DNA of 64,000 bases from Rotaria socialis (lineage: Eukaryota): contig CAJNYD010000464.1 of assembly GCA_905331295.1 (NCBI GenBank), forward strand, positions 1 to 64,000, given 5' to 3'. The translations under genes and the position numbers were made by a program. The notes below the pieces were generated by a model, which saw only the letters and a list, made by a program, of their open reading frames with translations, searched no databases and was not told where the DNA came from. Position 1 is the first letter of the stretch, and each line of letters opens with the position of its first letter. Positions 24,314-37,243 of the stretch are shown piece by piece.

Positions 24314-27300
24314 ACGTATAGTTCGAAGATCAATTTTTAGGTACTTTTGTTTTTACTGCCTATTTTCATTATCGATTTTGTCAAACAACGATGATCACGG
24401 CAATAGAGGGAAGAAAAGCAAACTTTTTTTCGTCGTAAACTAAAGAAAAAACATAAACAAATAAGTAAATATAAAAACGTTAACCCGACCATCTTGAGTG
24501 TATGAGCGCTGATTTGTTCTTTATTCACACGCACACAGTCGCACTGAAATTATAAATTGTCTCACTGATATTGATTAAGCTTGTTTTTCGCTGTTATTTT
24601 TATGCTAGGTGTAGCCCATGAAACTAATTAAAAGAGCTCATGATTAGTAGAGAAAAAACTGCTGTCAAATTGTTTCAATAGGCGATTGAATAAATAGGCT
24701 GTATAATTGAATGTGAGCCAAAAAATGGAACTATCTTAATTGTAGACTCACTTTGAAATACACTACTTCGAAGAGGATAACTGGGATTTGCTGGAAGCGA
24801 TGACATGCTTTCTGAAAATTGAATTTTCCAGTCAACTTTAATTGGAAGATTGGGTGTGGATGCCCTAATGCTTTTTAGACCGAAGATACATGTGGCCACG
24901 CCAGAAACGCATGGACACCTACACTGTGATGATATGTCGTGACTGGTGCATTTGGCTGTTTTCTGTCATGTTTTAAATATTATTTACGTCATCGGACAAA
25001 GAAAAAGTTCGGTGTTATGAAATATACTCTCTTTACATTCAGCATAGTTTGAATTAGTTTACTAGGAGAAAAAAATGCAACGTTTGGGTTCTTTTATGAA
25101 GTATTATCACACTGCAGCTCATTATTAAATTTCTGAAAAAATGATTAGAAAATCTCATAAAACGTTGACATGCATTATTACCTTGATGCACTTTTGTCTT
25201 GTTAAATATTCAAGTTTTTATAGTTTGATGGCAACGACGGGTGTGGGTGTGGGCGTTGAATAAAGAATAAACGTATACCCACAGCCACCCTTGTAGTTGT
25301 TGTCGGCGAATTCAAAAATCTGTCTGCAGATTGCTAGGATGTATCCGTCATGTTCTAGTTTATCTAGACATCTCCTCTCCTTTTCTATTACTTTTTCTGT
25401 ATGCCTTCGTTTCTCGTCGGTCATCGCTATAATGCTGAAAATGTTTCTGAACGTATGCATGTACATATATATTGATCGTTCAGTTGACCAACGATAAAAG
25501 TATTGTGTATTTGTATGTGGAACTCTTATCTGTCTTAAACTATTGGAGTGGAGGTCATTATAACATTTAGACAAGAGTTAGCCATTTTGCCTGATCGTTC
25601 AACCTTTCTTTCTCTTTTTCTCTCTCCGTCCTTCTCGTTCATTAAATAATCTATTCCTCCCACGACTTCTTCTTTATTCTCTTCTAACAACAAGTCCGAA
25701 TGATTACATCGTGGCGCAATTTGCTGATCAAAGCCTTCGGTAAGGAAAACGAGCGTTGAGAACACATCGTTAGCAACACAATGGCAGATAAAGACATGGA
25801 TCGAGAGTACAACGATAGTTATGGGTATAGTGGATGCGGATGTTGTGCCTTCACAGTATGGACTCACAACAGAGTAAAATTTCCAGCAGTATACAACGGT
25901 AGCGAATGTGTGGTCTCAGTTCCTCGGCATCCCAACGGCAAAGCAACTTCTCACATAGGTCGAGAATAGACAACATGACTACGTGACTGGCGGTTGGGTG
26001 TTTATTTCTTTTCATTTACTCTTTTTCTTCCTATGGTACGTGTTTCGTTATTTTTCTCATTAGTAACAAAAAAATAAACAGCTATGATATCATTTAGCGG
26101 TCTTTATCGACGACAGTCAATCTGATTTCGAGGGAAAACGCGATAAACATGTATCTAACAAATATTTTTGAGGCAAAATGGTCATCGTTCAGGAAGATAT
26201 CGACTCAATGTAACACTTAAGTATACAAATAAATAAAACGAGGGTGTGAATATGGATGTCAGAGTTCATCGTCTTTTTGTCTTCACTCATATCCTTCACC
26301 AGGCCATGTAATAAGTGAAAATTTCGACATATTCATTGAATATGAACTTTTTCGTCCGACTTGCTTGTTTTGAGAGAAACGAATAAGGTCTGCACAGACT
26401 GAAAAAAATAAAACGTCTAAAAAATATGATTGAAGTCGACATAGACCAATTATGTTGCTTAATTCTTGAGGGTATAAATAACCTCAACTATGTGTAGAAC
26501 ATTTTCAAAATTCCACAAAAGAAAGAATTCGGTATCTTCGTTTGTTAATCAATAAATGAATATAATTTTTGTTCATTCTCTTACATTTTTGCCTCAATTG
26601 AATCGTGGATGTAAACCATCCCAATCGAAAAGTCCAACTAGAAATAAATCCCCCCCCCANCCCCCCCCCCCCCCCGGATCTTTGTTAGAAAGCACTAGTA
26701 AATGATATTGTGACTGTGTCAGGAAATAGCGTTCTCTTTTAAATTCAGCCAGTGTAATGCTTTTTGATAGATCAATATATTTAGGATAATCTAATTTAAC
26801 TGAATTTGTCATCAATATACGTTCATGATTCCATTCGATACAGTATTGGTCAATGGAGAAACCACCACTAGTTGTAATATTACCATCAATACATTAATTT
26901 GAACCTGAATCAAGAATAGAAAGAGTCGCAAAATAATTTCACCATGTCAATTGACCTCTGATTTTAGCAATAACTTGTTTTGATGGATCAGAAATGATAT
27001 GATTATTATGTCATGGGATAGTGCAAGATTCTATACGATATTTGGTCATGGACGGAAAATATACTCGAAAGAATGTTCTCCGAAGCATGCCTTTTTATAA
27101 AAAAAAAAGTTGTGGGTAGTATTTTCCGTACTAATGACACATGTTGTCGTCAATAGAGAAGACAAATGAGAATCGGCGACATGTTGTATGCATATATGTG
27201 TGTCAAATTATTGATTATAATGTGAAGATGGAAGAAATGCCGTAGGATAAAAGGGTTACATATAATGGTATCTGGTTGTACTGCTTCTATTCATAGAATA

Positions 27301-29259
27301 TATCTAACAGAGTTATCGTATTCAAGTTTATATCACTACTTATTGATAATGAGAAAAGAGTAAAAAACAAGAGACACATATTTCTGTGTTATGCTATCTA
27401 AATTATTCAAATATACAATCCAATGTTCAACAATGGTGATTAGATTGCTCTTTGAGTACAGAAACAATAAATATACAGTTTGGCAAATTTGAGACTAGAA
27501 CAAAAGAACATTGTGAGCGTGTAAGCAAAATAACGTTTGTACTTCCTAACTTTTCAATATTACAATGTGAGACTATTGTGACTTTAGATATTGACACAAA
27601 CACCGATTCATATTCCAGTCATCATTTCATATGAAAAATTCAATACAAATTTCGTCGTTTAATTGCCATCTTCGGATGATAACTGATGAAACATAAAAAA
27701 GACATAGATTTTCCACATTTGAAGGTGCCAAATTTGATCCAATGAAAATTAAAAGAAAAATAAGAAGATTTTGAAGAAAAAAAAATATGAAAAAGAAGTA
27801 TCTGATCAGCAAGACAAATAAGAATTTGAGTGTAGGTGTTGTTGTTGTTGTTGTAAGTGACGATAAAAATGAGATTCGAATCAATATCGAACGACCCCCA
27901 CATACTCAAGAATTTTAATGAAGACTTTTATGTGAAAATATCGTTCAGACTAAAACAATATGATAGACTATAGTATATAACTTAATGGTATATCTTCATG
28001 AAGAAGAATAGGTAAATCTTTGTCTCTTGAAAGATAAAAACAACGGTTTATTTCTCTCTGATATGTGCTTATCAGATGTTCACATAACCATATAAAATGT
28101 AATAAAGAAATAATGAATATGCTCAATTGGAACATTCTATAGTGAATCATTTAGATAATCTCGAATCATTTATTCTAGCCGTTTTTGCATCTCTCCGAGA
28201 TAAGAACAAATAAATCTTGCATAAGTTGAACGAAGCGACTCATTTAACAATTTATAACTTTATAAAATAAAACTAATTTCATTATCGTATGAAAGAAAAA
28301 GAAACATCACTTTTGAGAAATTGAGAAAAGTCAATGAAACGATAGTAATAATAATAACTATATTTTAAAATGTAGAAAAATAATTTGTTTTTAAACAAAA
28401 TTGAAAAAGACCAGTTTCTGTTTTAAAGATTAATCCAGTTAAAATACATCACATTCTTCGCTGCAAATAGCCATTTCATTGAAAATAATTTTCTAGACTG
28501 ACTGTCTATTGAGTTTGTGTGAAAAATAGAGTCTTTGAATTCGTATGGAAGCAAGCTCCTTAGATATTCAGATATTAATGAATTATTTATTCTCTCTTCA
28601 ATAAGTCGCATGGTTGCAATAAGATTTCGATATTTTCTTCACTTTAATGCCATCCGAACATTTATTGTCACATTTTTCTCAGTCTAATTGAATATTGACA
28701 AAGGCTAGATAACCGACATAGCTTTCTATTCTTATCTAAAGTAATATCCTAAGAAGAAGGAAGTATAATTACGTCGATTAAAACATTTACGAATATATTC
28801 GATCATAGTAATTTCGTCTTCGTATTTTTTATGAACTATAAAAGTATGTATTTGTTGAAGAAACAATGTCATAATGAACAAAACTGATAATCATAGAGAC
28901 AACGATAATTTATCCACCGATTAGAAATTTGCATTTCTCAATTCTTATAATTTTAATATAGACAATTTTTTTAATAAAACATGTTCTTTAATCATATTTT
29001 ATTTTCATACGTTGAAGAGTTTATTGTTTAAATCAAATATTGATGTTTTAGATCACTTGCCAGTTTGGGTTCAAAACGTTCTTCTCCCCGTACACCTACC
29101 CCATCACTTCATTTACATATAAATCCCCACGCCCACACCCTTCTATGTACATCGGAGCAATCTTTCACTTTTATTTCTTAAATGATGCATTAATTTCAAT
29201 AGTTAAGGAATCAGATCTTAGTTATCAAATCTGAAGAGGTTCTCAAGTGGTTTGTTTTA

Positions 29260-32200
29260 TCAAGCTAGCTTTGAATTAACTTCAGCAATCATGCGCCGAA
29301 CTTGAGCAATATTAGCTTCATGTAGTGGTTGATTGTTAAGCAGAATACTCAAACTATTATCCAAGTAAGTTGGGCACTGAGAGAACTTGCCCTGTTTCAT
29401 GAGAAGATCACTGATTAACATAGATGTATAAGCGATCTGCGGGTGATTCGATGGAAATGAACTTGTTTGAATCAATAAGCACTTTTCATGACTCGATAAA
29501 GCCTCATCATACTGCTGCTGCTTAACTTGTATATTTCCGATCGATCGGTAAGTAGAAGCAAGATCAATATGTTCAGGTGATAATGTAATTAACTGAAGAT
29601 TTAAATATTCGTTGTAAGCTATCAAAGCTTCTTGGTATCGACCCAATAAACGGTAAATGATGCCCGATTTCTTTACAGCATGCATAGTCATTGGATGAGT
29701 TCGTGGTGCACATTCCAGTTGGAGATCCAAAACGAGCTGGTAATTCACAAGTGCTTCGGATAAATGTTCGTTCGTAAAGTGAATGTCACCAATACGAACA
29801 TAAATATCAGCAAGAGAACTGTTCCGATATTTGATCGAGTCTTGATCTGTCTTCAAATTCGTTGAAGAAAAGGATTGAAATAAAATCTTCAAAGCCGATT
29901 CATAGTTATCCAGTGCTTCGGTCAGTTTCTGTTGTTTCTGGAGAATTGTACCAATCATTGTGTGCGTATCAACAAGATCACAATGATAAGATGGAAGCGA
30001 AATAGTTTGAATAGACAAGCATGCTTTCAAGCTTGATAAAGCATTGTCAAACTGCTCTAAGAGCATATAGTTGATACCCAAGTACCAGTAGTCTTTGGCA
30101 ACCTCAGGATCCGTTGGTGATGAGCATTTGAGTCGAATATCTAAAGCACGTTTGAAATTGTAGAGTGCGTCGGCATGCTTATTCTGACCGCTGAGAGAAG
30201 AACCAATTGTTCTATACGTAAAGATAAGGTCGGGATGGTCTGAATGCAATGAACTCGCTTGAAACTCTAAAAATTGTCGCCAGTTTGTCAATGGATCCTG
30301 ATGCTGGCGTTTGCTTAAAAAATGCCCTTGTACCATTGATCGACTTAACGCTTCTATTTCCAACATTGGCATTGCCGAATGCTCAATCTCGAAGCTTGCT
30401 TTGAATGCAAATACTGCTCTTTCGTAGTTATTCAACTCGGCGTAAACCATTCCTATACGTTTCCAAAGTACTGCTATGGATGGATCCGTTGGTGGCTTAA
30501 CTTGGAGTCGGAAATCCATAGCGAGCTTATAGTTTTCAAGTGCATCAGAAAACTTGTGCAGTTTGCACAAGACTGTACCAATAAACTGGTAACAGTTAGC
30601 ACATTGTAGCTGATCGATAGGGCGGCAGTTCTCCATAATCCTAAGAGATTCTCGGAAGTTTGACAAAGCTTTCAAGTTTTCTTCCTTCTGCTCGTAGAGG
30701 TCACCAATTAAAAAGTAACCACGGGCAATCTGAGCCAACGGAACCGGCCACACTGTCGAGCCCATCTCTAGACATTTACCGAATTCATTTGATGCTTTTT
30801 CAGCATCCCCCAGTCGACAATACAGAAATCCCATGCGTATCCGAGTTTGTGCTATCTTGGAATATGTTGATGGTAAAGATTCAAGTTGAATTTGTAAAGC
30901 ATTTTCGAAATGTATAAGTGCATCTGGAAACCTTTTCAACAACTCCAAAGTCTCGCCAACATCGTCGTAAGCGCGAACCAGGTCAGATACACAATCAGGG
31001 TGGTACGTTTTTGTAATATGTAACGATTTTTGAAAACTGGACAAAGCATAATCGTACTTCTTCAGTTCTAAGTAGTTTTGTCCAATGCGGGAATGGGTGC
31101 GTGCGATGTTAATATGCTCCGGTTCCAAATAAGTCCTTTGAATTTCTAGGCGCTTTTCAAAGTTGAATAAAGCTTCTTCATGCTGTACGCAGTCTTGATA
31201 ATGCCAAGCTTGTTGTAGATATATATTGGCGATACTCTTTGATCGACTTGTGTTGAAGATATTGTAATCCTCCCTTGATATACTTATTGGCATGTCCCTG
31301 CATCTCTCCCACACAGCGAATGCCGCATCAAACTTGTTCTGAGCTACATAGACCCGGGCGATTCTATCCAATACCTTCGCCATTAATGGAAGTGTCTCAT
31401 GAATATTTTGTATTAGACTTTCGTAGGCTTTGTTATAGAACTCCATAGCTTCCGCTAGTTCTTCTCTTTGACGATAACATTCTGCTTTGATCATATAAAC
31501 ACCACATATTTCATGTGGAGCAATATTTTCTCCTTGTACTGTTTCGATATATTCATTGATGCTGGATAACGCCTCGTCTATCTTATTTTGCCCATAATAT
31601 GCAACACTTATTGTCAGCAATGAAATCGGATCGTTTACTCCGTTGGATTGTGCTTGTGTGAAAAGCGTCTGACAGAATTCATTTTTCGATACAAAGTTCA
31701 CGTCATTGTCTTCTGTACAGTTGACGAATCGATTCATTACTTCAGTCGCTCTCCTGTGGGTGTGCCCCAGTGGCAGCGAACGCTCTTGGACTTTGACAAT
31801 TTCTTTTACTATAGCAGATTCTTGACACTGTTGACCCTTGAGGTTCTTCAATACAAAAATTTGTTGGAGACATGTGGCAAGATATGGATGCGTCGCTGGT
31901 AGGCTATGTTGGAGAAGTTCATATGCTGTGGTCGAGTATGACAGGGCATCGGAGTAACGTCCTTGTTTATAACGAAACCTGCCAATAGTCATGTAAGCTA
32001 GACCGAGCGATTCTTGCTGAGATTTTGAAGTTTGATATGTTTTGTTAGCAACCGCTGCTTCAATATTTTCTATGGCAAGATCCCATTGGCCCTGCATGCA
32101 GTAGAGCAGAAATTTGCGCTGAAGATCTATTTTGCTGCCTCTTGAAATATGGCACCGTTCATCTGGAAAATTGAATAGCGATTGTAATTCACGCATTGCG

Positions 32201-33540
32201 TCTTCTTTCTTTCCTAGGTTTAAAGCAAACTCTGCCAACATTATGGATACAAGTGGTTTCAAATCTTGAGTGATTGTTTGAAGCGCTAGCTTGCCGATCT
32301 CCTTCGCCTCTACGTATTTACCCTCAAAATACATAAGCTCAATAAACGATAATACGTTTGGAGAGCCCATATTTAACCGTATGTGATGAGTGAGTCGTGT
32401 TAGTTCTGGGTCGTTATCGTGCGTTAATAGCAATTTGATGAGCGAAATATTACGGTCATCGGGTGGTTCAATCGATTGGATACGAAAAACGCTGCCCATC
32501 GTGAAGAGGAACTCCTCTTCGTCTTTGAACAGACTCCAATCGCGTATGTCGATATAATGAGCGACAGTGGGTATCGATGGGCCAGCTTCGATTTCAAAGA
32601 GCACTGAAGTCGTATGAGGAGGCTTACTCGAAGTTTCACTATATATCAAGGCAACGCAATAATTTTTTGTAGTGGAAAGAAAAGAATTGAATGACAGGAG
32701 GCCGCCAGCTTTTTTCTTCATTTCATCAAAAGTAGCTGTTGGTATGCTCATACCTCGATAGACCTTCAAGATCGACGATTCTTCAGAGTTCACATGGCAA
32801 TTAACAATTTGTTGATGAAGATCTTTGATGAACACACGCATTGAGTACAAAAAGATTACATCGTGTTCACGTAATGCTTGATTCAAATCTCTGTAGAGAA
32901 ACCAATCTTTCGTATACCATTGAATAGGTTTCATTTGATCATAGCGGCATTCAAATTCGCAAATTTTTTCAATATCCTTCGGATGTTGATAGTGACTGCG
33001 AAGAAAGTCGATCATCTGAATCCGGTCACAGTCTGAATAGTCCATCTCTGTTAAAATGTATTTGAGCAATTGGCCGTACATGAACATCACTTCCTGTTCG
33101 TTTTTTGAATCTACATCTGTTAGTGAAGCAGAGAAGCTGCTCACAAAATTGAATTGTTTACTATCATCTTGTGTGTACGACTCTAGTATCGGGCATATCG
33201 ATGTGATACTATTAATAACACCTTTAACTTTGTTGCGTTCCTTTATCCAAGACAAATTCGTTGATCGATTCAAAGAAAGTACATAAATCTCTTTGAGTTG
33301 CTTGACCTCATGAAGTACTGAAACAATATTTTCACCATCCAATTCATTAACAATTAACAGAATTTGATGGTCTTCAGTATCCGTCACATAATCGACGCAT
33401 TCGTCTAGGTCATCGAATATTTCAACAAACTTCACTATTCGCTCAAGTTCCGTTTTCGCTTTGTTTATATTATCGCTTCGTGCAAGATCAGTTCCATCGA
33501 GCAAGACGGCAACACATATTTCTGACTCAAACGATAACAT
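29260..33540 (-). CDS. Mono-ADP-ribosyltransferase domain plus long TPR array, 1426 aa, single coding exon
   Basis: WYT..FLYRDLNQALR, VYRG, FLSTT and EEEFLF (R-S-E type ART), followed by many ~42-aa TPR units (HPDL/HINIA..Y..IG). Confidence 0.9.
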   Translation of the reverse strand: MLSFESEICVAVLLDGTDLARSDNINKAKTELERIVKFVEIFDDLDECVDYVTDTEDHQILLIVNELDGENIVSVLHEVKQLKEIYVLSLNRSTNLSWIKERNKVKGVINSITSICPILESYTQDDSKQFNFVSSFSASLTDVDSKNEQEVMFMYGQLLKYILTEMDYSDCDRIQMIDFLRSHYQHPKDIEKICEFECRYDQMKPIQWYTKDWFLYRDLNQALREHDVIFLYSMRVFIKDLHQQIVNCHVNSEESSILKVYRGMSIPTATFDEMKKKAGGLLSFNSFLSTTKNYCVALIYSETSSKPPHTTSVLFEIEAGPSIPTVAHYIDIRDWSLFKDEEEFLFTMGSVFRIQSIEPPDDRNISLIKLLLTHDNDPELTRLTHHIRLNMGSPNVLSFIELMYFEGKYVEAKEIGKLALQTITQDLKPLVSIMLAEFALNLGKKEDAMRELQSLFNFPDERCHISRGSKIDLQRKFLLYCMQGQWDLAIENIEAAVANKTYQTSKSQQESLGLAYMTIGRFRYKQGRYSDALSYSTTAYELLQHSLPATHPYLATCLQQIFVLKNLKGQQCQESAIVKEIVKVQERSLPLGHTHRRATEVMNRFVNCTEDNDVNFVSKNEFCQTLFTQAQSNGVNDPISLLTISVAYYGQNKIDEALSSINEYIETVQGENIAPHEICGVYMIKAECYRQREELAEAMEFYNKAYESLIQNIHETLPLMAKVLDRIARVYVAQNKFDAAFAVWERCRDMPISISREDYNIFNTSRSKSIANIYLQQAWHYQDCVQHEEALFNFEKRLEIQRTYLEPEHINIARTHSRIGQNYLELKKYDYALSSFQKSLHITKTYHPDCVSDLVRAYDDVGETLELLKRFPDALIHFENALQIQLESLPSTYSKIAQTRIRMGFLYCRLGDAEKASNEFGKCLEMGSTVWPVPLAQIARGYFLIGDLYEQKEENLKALSNFRESLRIMENCRPIDQLQCANCYQFIGTVLCKLHKFSDALENYKLAMDFRLQVKPPTDPSIAVLWKRIGMVYAELNNYERAVFAFKASFEIEHSAMPMLEIEALSRSMVQGHFLSKRQHQDPLTNWRQFLEFQASSLHSDHPDLIFTYRTIGSSLSGQNKHADALYNFKRALDIRLKCSSPTDPEVAKDYWYLGINYMLLEQFDNALSSLKACLSIQTISLPSYHCDLVDTHTMIGTILQKQQKLTEALDNYESALKILFQSFSSTNLKTDQDSIKYRNSSLADIYVRIGDIHFTNEHLSEALVNYQLVLDLQLECAPRTHPMTMHAVKKSGIIYRLLGRYQEALIAYNEYLNLQLITLSPEHIDLASTYRSIGNIQVKQQQYDEALSSHEKCLLIQTSSFPSNHPQIAYTSMLISDLLMKQGKFSQCPTYLDNSLSILLNNQPLHEANIAQVRRMIAEVNSKLA

Positions 33541-35787
33541 CTTGTAGTCGAATATTGCTCATGCAGCCCACTATACATAATAATTCTTATTATATTGAGC
33601 TTTTTATGATTACAACATTTTGATAAGATCTCAAAATGGATAGATATGTCGAAATTAGTGACGATTTCAGGATTTTGGGACATCTTGTATCTCAGCTTCT
33701 GAGCACGAACCCTGGATGAATCTGATACACAGTGGCGTTAGACCTCAATGATGAGTTCTTATGGAAAACATTTTGTGATCGGAACATGTGAAAAGTAATA
33801 ATTTGATTTCCTCCGCCAATTCTACAATTGGTTTGTTTTTATTAGTATTTCTTTTTTTTAATGATCTGATCCTAATCTAGATAGAATTTCATCCATAAAC
33901 ATTCATTTCTTCTGAACAGATGTAAACTTGTAAATGATAATTAAAATCTCTCGATGAAATTCGATGTTGATTACGATTAAATTATTAAGAAAAGAATACT
34001 TATAAGAGTTCATTATTGTTCATAAATGTTATCTAGGTCACATGCGCTGAAGTCGAAGTACAGTATACCCGAAATTCGTGGATCCATCACTGGTCGAGAT
34101 TTAAGCTGCAGACTACACGACTCTCACGGAACTCAGGGAAGGGACGAGTATTGGTGTGTGAAATCCGTCGTCCATGTCTCTCACATCCAGTTAGATAGGT
34201 GTCTAAAAACACATTCAAATTACCTTGAAACGATTTTTGCTTTGTTGATTGAATAATATTTCTCGCAAAAAAAGCAACTCAATTTATTCATCAAAGCATA
34301 GAGTGAAATGTTGTGCAAAAATAAATCGTTCTCTCTACTATTGTGAGAGAAGTTAAAGTGGGAAGATCCACTCTACATATGCGTAAATAGTTCTCTACTT
34401 GAACGTAAACGAATTTAAACAGTTCTATTAACTAATGGAATTCTTTATATCGATTTCTTTTCCTAGAATGCATACGAAATGATTCACTCTGAATCAGAGT
34501 TCGGAGGTACGCATTTGCACTTGTACTGCTCGTATTTTTTTTGAGTAAAAGTAAAATACGTTTACTTGCTGTACTTGTACTTGTCCTAGCTCTGGTCTGA
34601 ACAAATCGACTCTTTTAATATTCTATATAGAAATGGGTGACAGTAGATTCTTCTTCGGTTAATAAGTACAATTAAGAAATGTTGACATTAAAATCTAATA
34701 TTGAATCACTCGAACTAATTTTCTCAAAGTTCTAAAAGATAATGTTTTTCTCATCGTTTCTTCATTAATAATTCATTGTTGACAATATTTACAAATAAAA
34801 TATTTATACACAGAAGCAAAGAGAGCAATTATGTTTTTTCAACTGAGAGAAAAATCCTTGCTTTTTAGCTCGTCCAATATGATCTAGAATAAACAATTCA
34901 TTTTTTTATTATTATTTTCCTCTCATCTAGATATCTTCAATAATCTACTTAATTGATATTCAACAATCGACAATGGAAGAAAAGCTCCCAGCACAATTGT
35001 TGCCACATTAAAATGTGAAATATGGTTAAATTGTTTTTCTGGAACTTATCTGTCACGGTCTGCAAGGAAAGAAGATTCGAATTTCTACCCTATCACTGTA
35101 AACAAGAAAATCGAATTTGATTTTTTCCTCGTCATGAAGCATTTATACTTGATGGTGGAAATAAAATCCAATACAATATAAGCAAATAAAAAAATAAAAT
35201 AAAATACCATATGAAAAAATAAAATAACAAGCATTGCGGACTAAAACAAAATAAAAAATCAAACAAAAAAAGATGACAGAATAGAAGCTAAAATAAAATA
35301 AAAACTAAAGTAGAGCAATAATTAACAAAAAATAAGAACTAAAAAAAAGAGAACTTTAAAGGAAATAAAAAATAAATAAAATGAAAAAAAAGATTTAACA
35401 ACTCCTAATAGCGAGTTGAAGAAAATAATGATTGTTTAACATTATACCTACTGACTTATATACTAGACAGGGCAAGGACTAGGTGACGGTCTTTGTTTCG
35501 ATAATCTTGGAAGAAATAGAATCAATTTTTTCGTTTTTAAAAATTCTCAATCGATATTCTATAAAATCAGAACTGATTTTCAAATGGTCTGAAATCTATT
35601 GTGGATTTTCCACTTTATAGAAAAATGATACCTTTTGAAATTCCAATTGAATTTCTATAAATGGGAAAATCAAGTATTTTCAATTTGTTCAAAATTCAAC
35701 GAATAAATCATCAAGCTTTAAAAATGCTTCACCTTATTTGAGATCGATTTTCGAATTTATAGAATTTGAAAAAAATTACAATGTATA

Positions 35788-36336
35788 CACACTAAATAAA
35801 AATGCGTCGGCTGTATGTGCCGTGAATTTTTGCGTCGCATTTTTAATTTAAAAAATGTGTCGTATATTTGTCGCGTTCTGCCAGTCGACTAGTCGTTCAC
35901 CATTTTGTTATGAACATACAGCGACATATAAGCAATATCGTTGAATGCATGGAAGATAAATTTTCGAAATAAAATTTTCTTTGGAATCGATTCTTGATTA
36001 CTTTATAATCAAGGAATTGCCATCCCGATCCATGATCCGGGAAGAACTACACTGGATAGTCTGATAGGAATCGAACCAATTCCAAATCAGCCAGATCTTA
36101 GGATCTAATCAGATTGAATGTTCAAAAAATAAAGAGATATGTGTAATTAAATTTTAAAAAATATCGAAATATGCGTTTCAAAAACAACCAATGAAAATGT
36201 GTCGGATGTGTTGTGAAAAATGCCTCGTGGTCTTGCTGAGCAGAATGTGGCGCAACGAGCACCTCATGTCGTGCTCGAATGTGTCGTGCTCGGTGTAGCA
36301 GTTTACGACACATCCGACACATTTTTACTTAGAGTG
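35788..36336. mobile_element. Non-autonomous DNA transposon with CAC...GTG termini flanked by TA
   Basis: Left tata|cacactaaataaaaatgcgtcgg; right reverse complement tata|cactctaagtaaaaatgtgtcgg; subterminal tgtgtcg repeats. Confidence 0.7.
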
Positions 36337-37243
36337 TATACTTCAACACTCCTTTTCGATCGTATTTTAAGAAGGTAAAGGAAACGAAAGAAAAATAATT
36401 TCATTCGCGCATGCGTAGTCGTTATTTTGAAGTGAAAGTGACTAAAATATAGAGAATGTTTTTAATCATACGAGAATTATTCTAACGGAGTTGTTTGTAT
36501 GAAATCAGATAGATTAACTTAATATCACACTTGGTTTAAATAATTTCTGAATACGATTTTCTTGAAATTTTATGGTTATTCAAATACATAGAGGATGCAT
36601 AGGATAGGATAGGGTAGGTACCGAGTCAGATGAGCAACAAAAAATAACGCGCTAAAAGAACTTGAAATTTCAGCGAAAAAAAAAGTGAAAATGTGAGTTT
36701 TTATGATTTTTTTCTTTTAAATTTTGACATGTTTTGACGAGTTCTTTTTCTGTTTGTTTGTCTGAACGAGCTGGGTGTGGGTGTGGCGTTATGGGGGTGC
36801 AGCTGCGCATAAACACGGAAAGATCACTATTCACCCACACCCTTGATACAACAATTGATTACTATAGGTATGCAGCAGTGTTGATTCAAATTGAATTTTT
36901 ACATTTTCAATCAATTGTATTATTGATTGAAATATGTCATCTACTTCATTAGTTATCAGTATCGTTTTGGATGATATGATCACTTATAAAGATAATATTC
37001 AATCAATCGAATGCTATTAGATCATGGGGCGACATGAAGAGAAAACGAGAAAATTTCATTTGTTTCAAACTGATCTAATTCAACTTGATTCACCAAATAA
37101 ATGAGGATATGAGCGTGGATGGATATTGACTGAACGCTTAACAACGCTCCACTGTACCTACACACACACCCACACTCCATTCATTCGATAAAAAACATGG
37201 ATAAGATGTTTACTTATTTTTGATGCACTACTGAATACTTTGT

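Noticed and set aside
26648..26678. Poly-C tract as a G-quadruplex or regulatory site
   Set aside because: Contains an N; likely a contig join or low-quality sequence.
26594..28700. Coding-like minus-strand fragments (similar ones at 50650-51300 and 52850-53500)
   Set aside because: Probably decayed genes, but no frame or family could be supported.
30379..33286. Short ORFs overlapping the ART-TPR gene
   Set aside because: Shadow ORFs in antisense or alternate frames of a long CDS.
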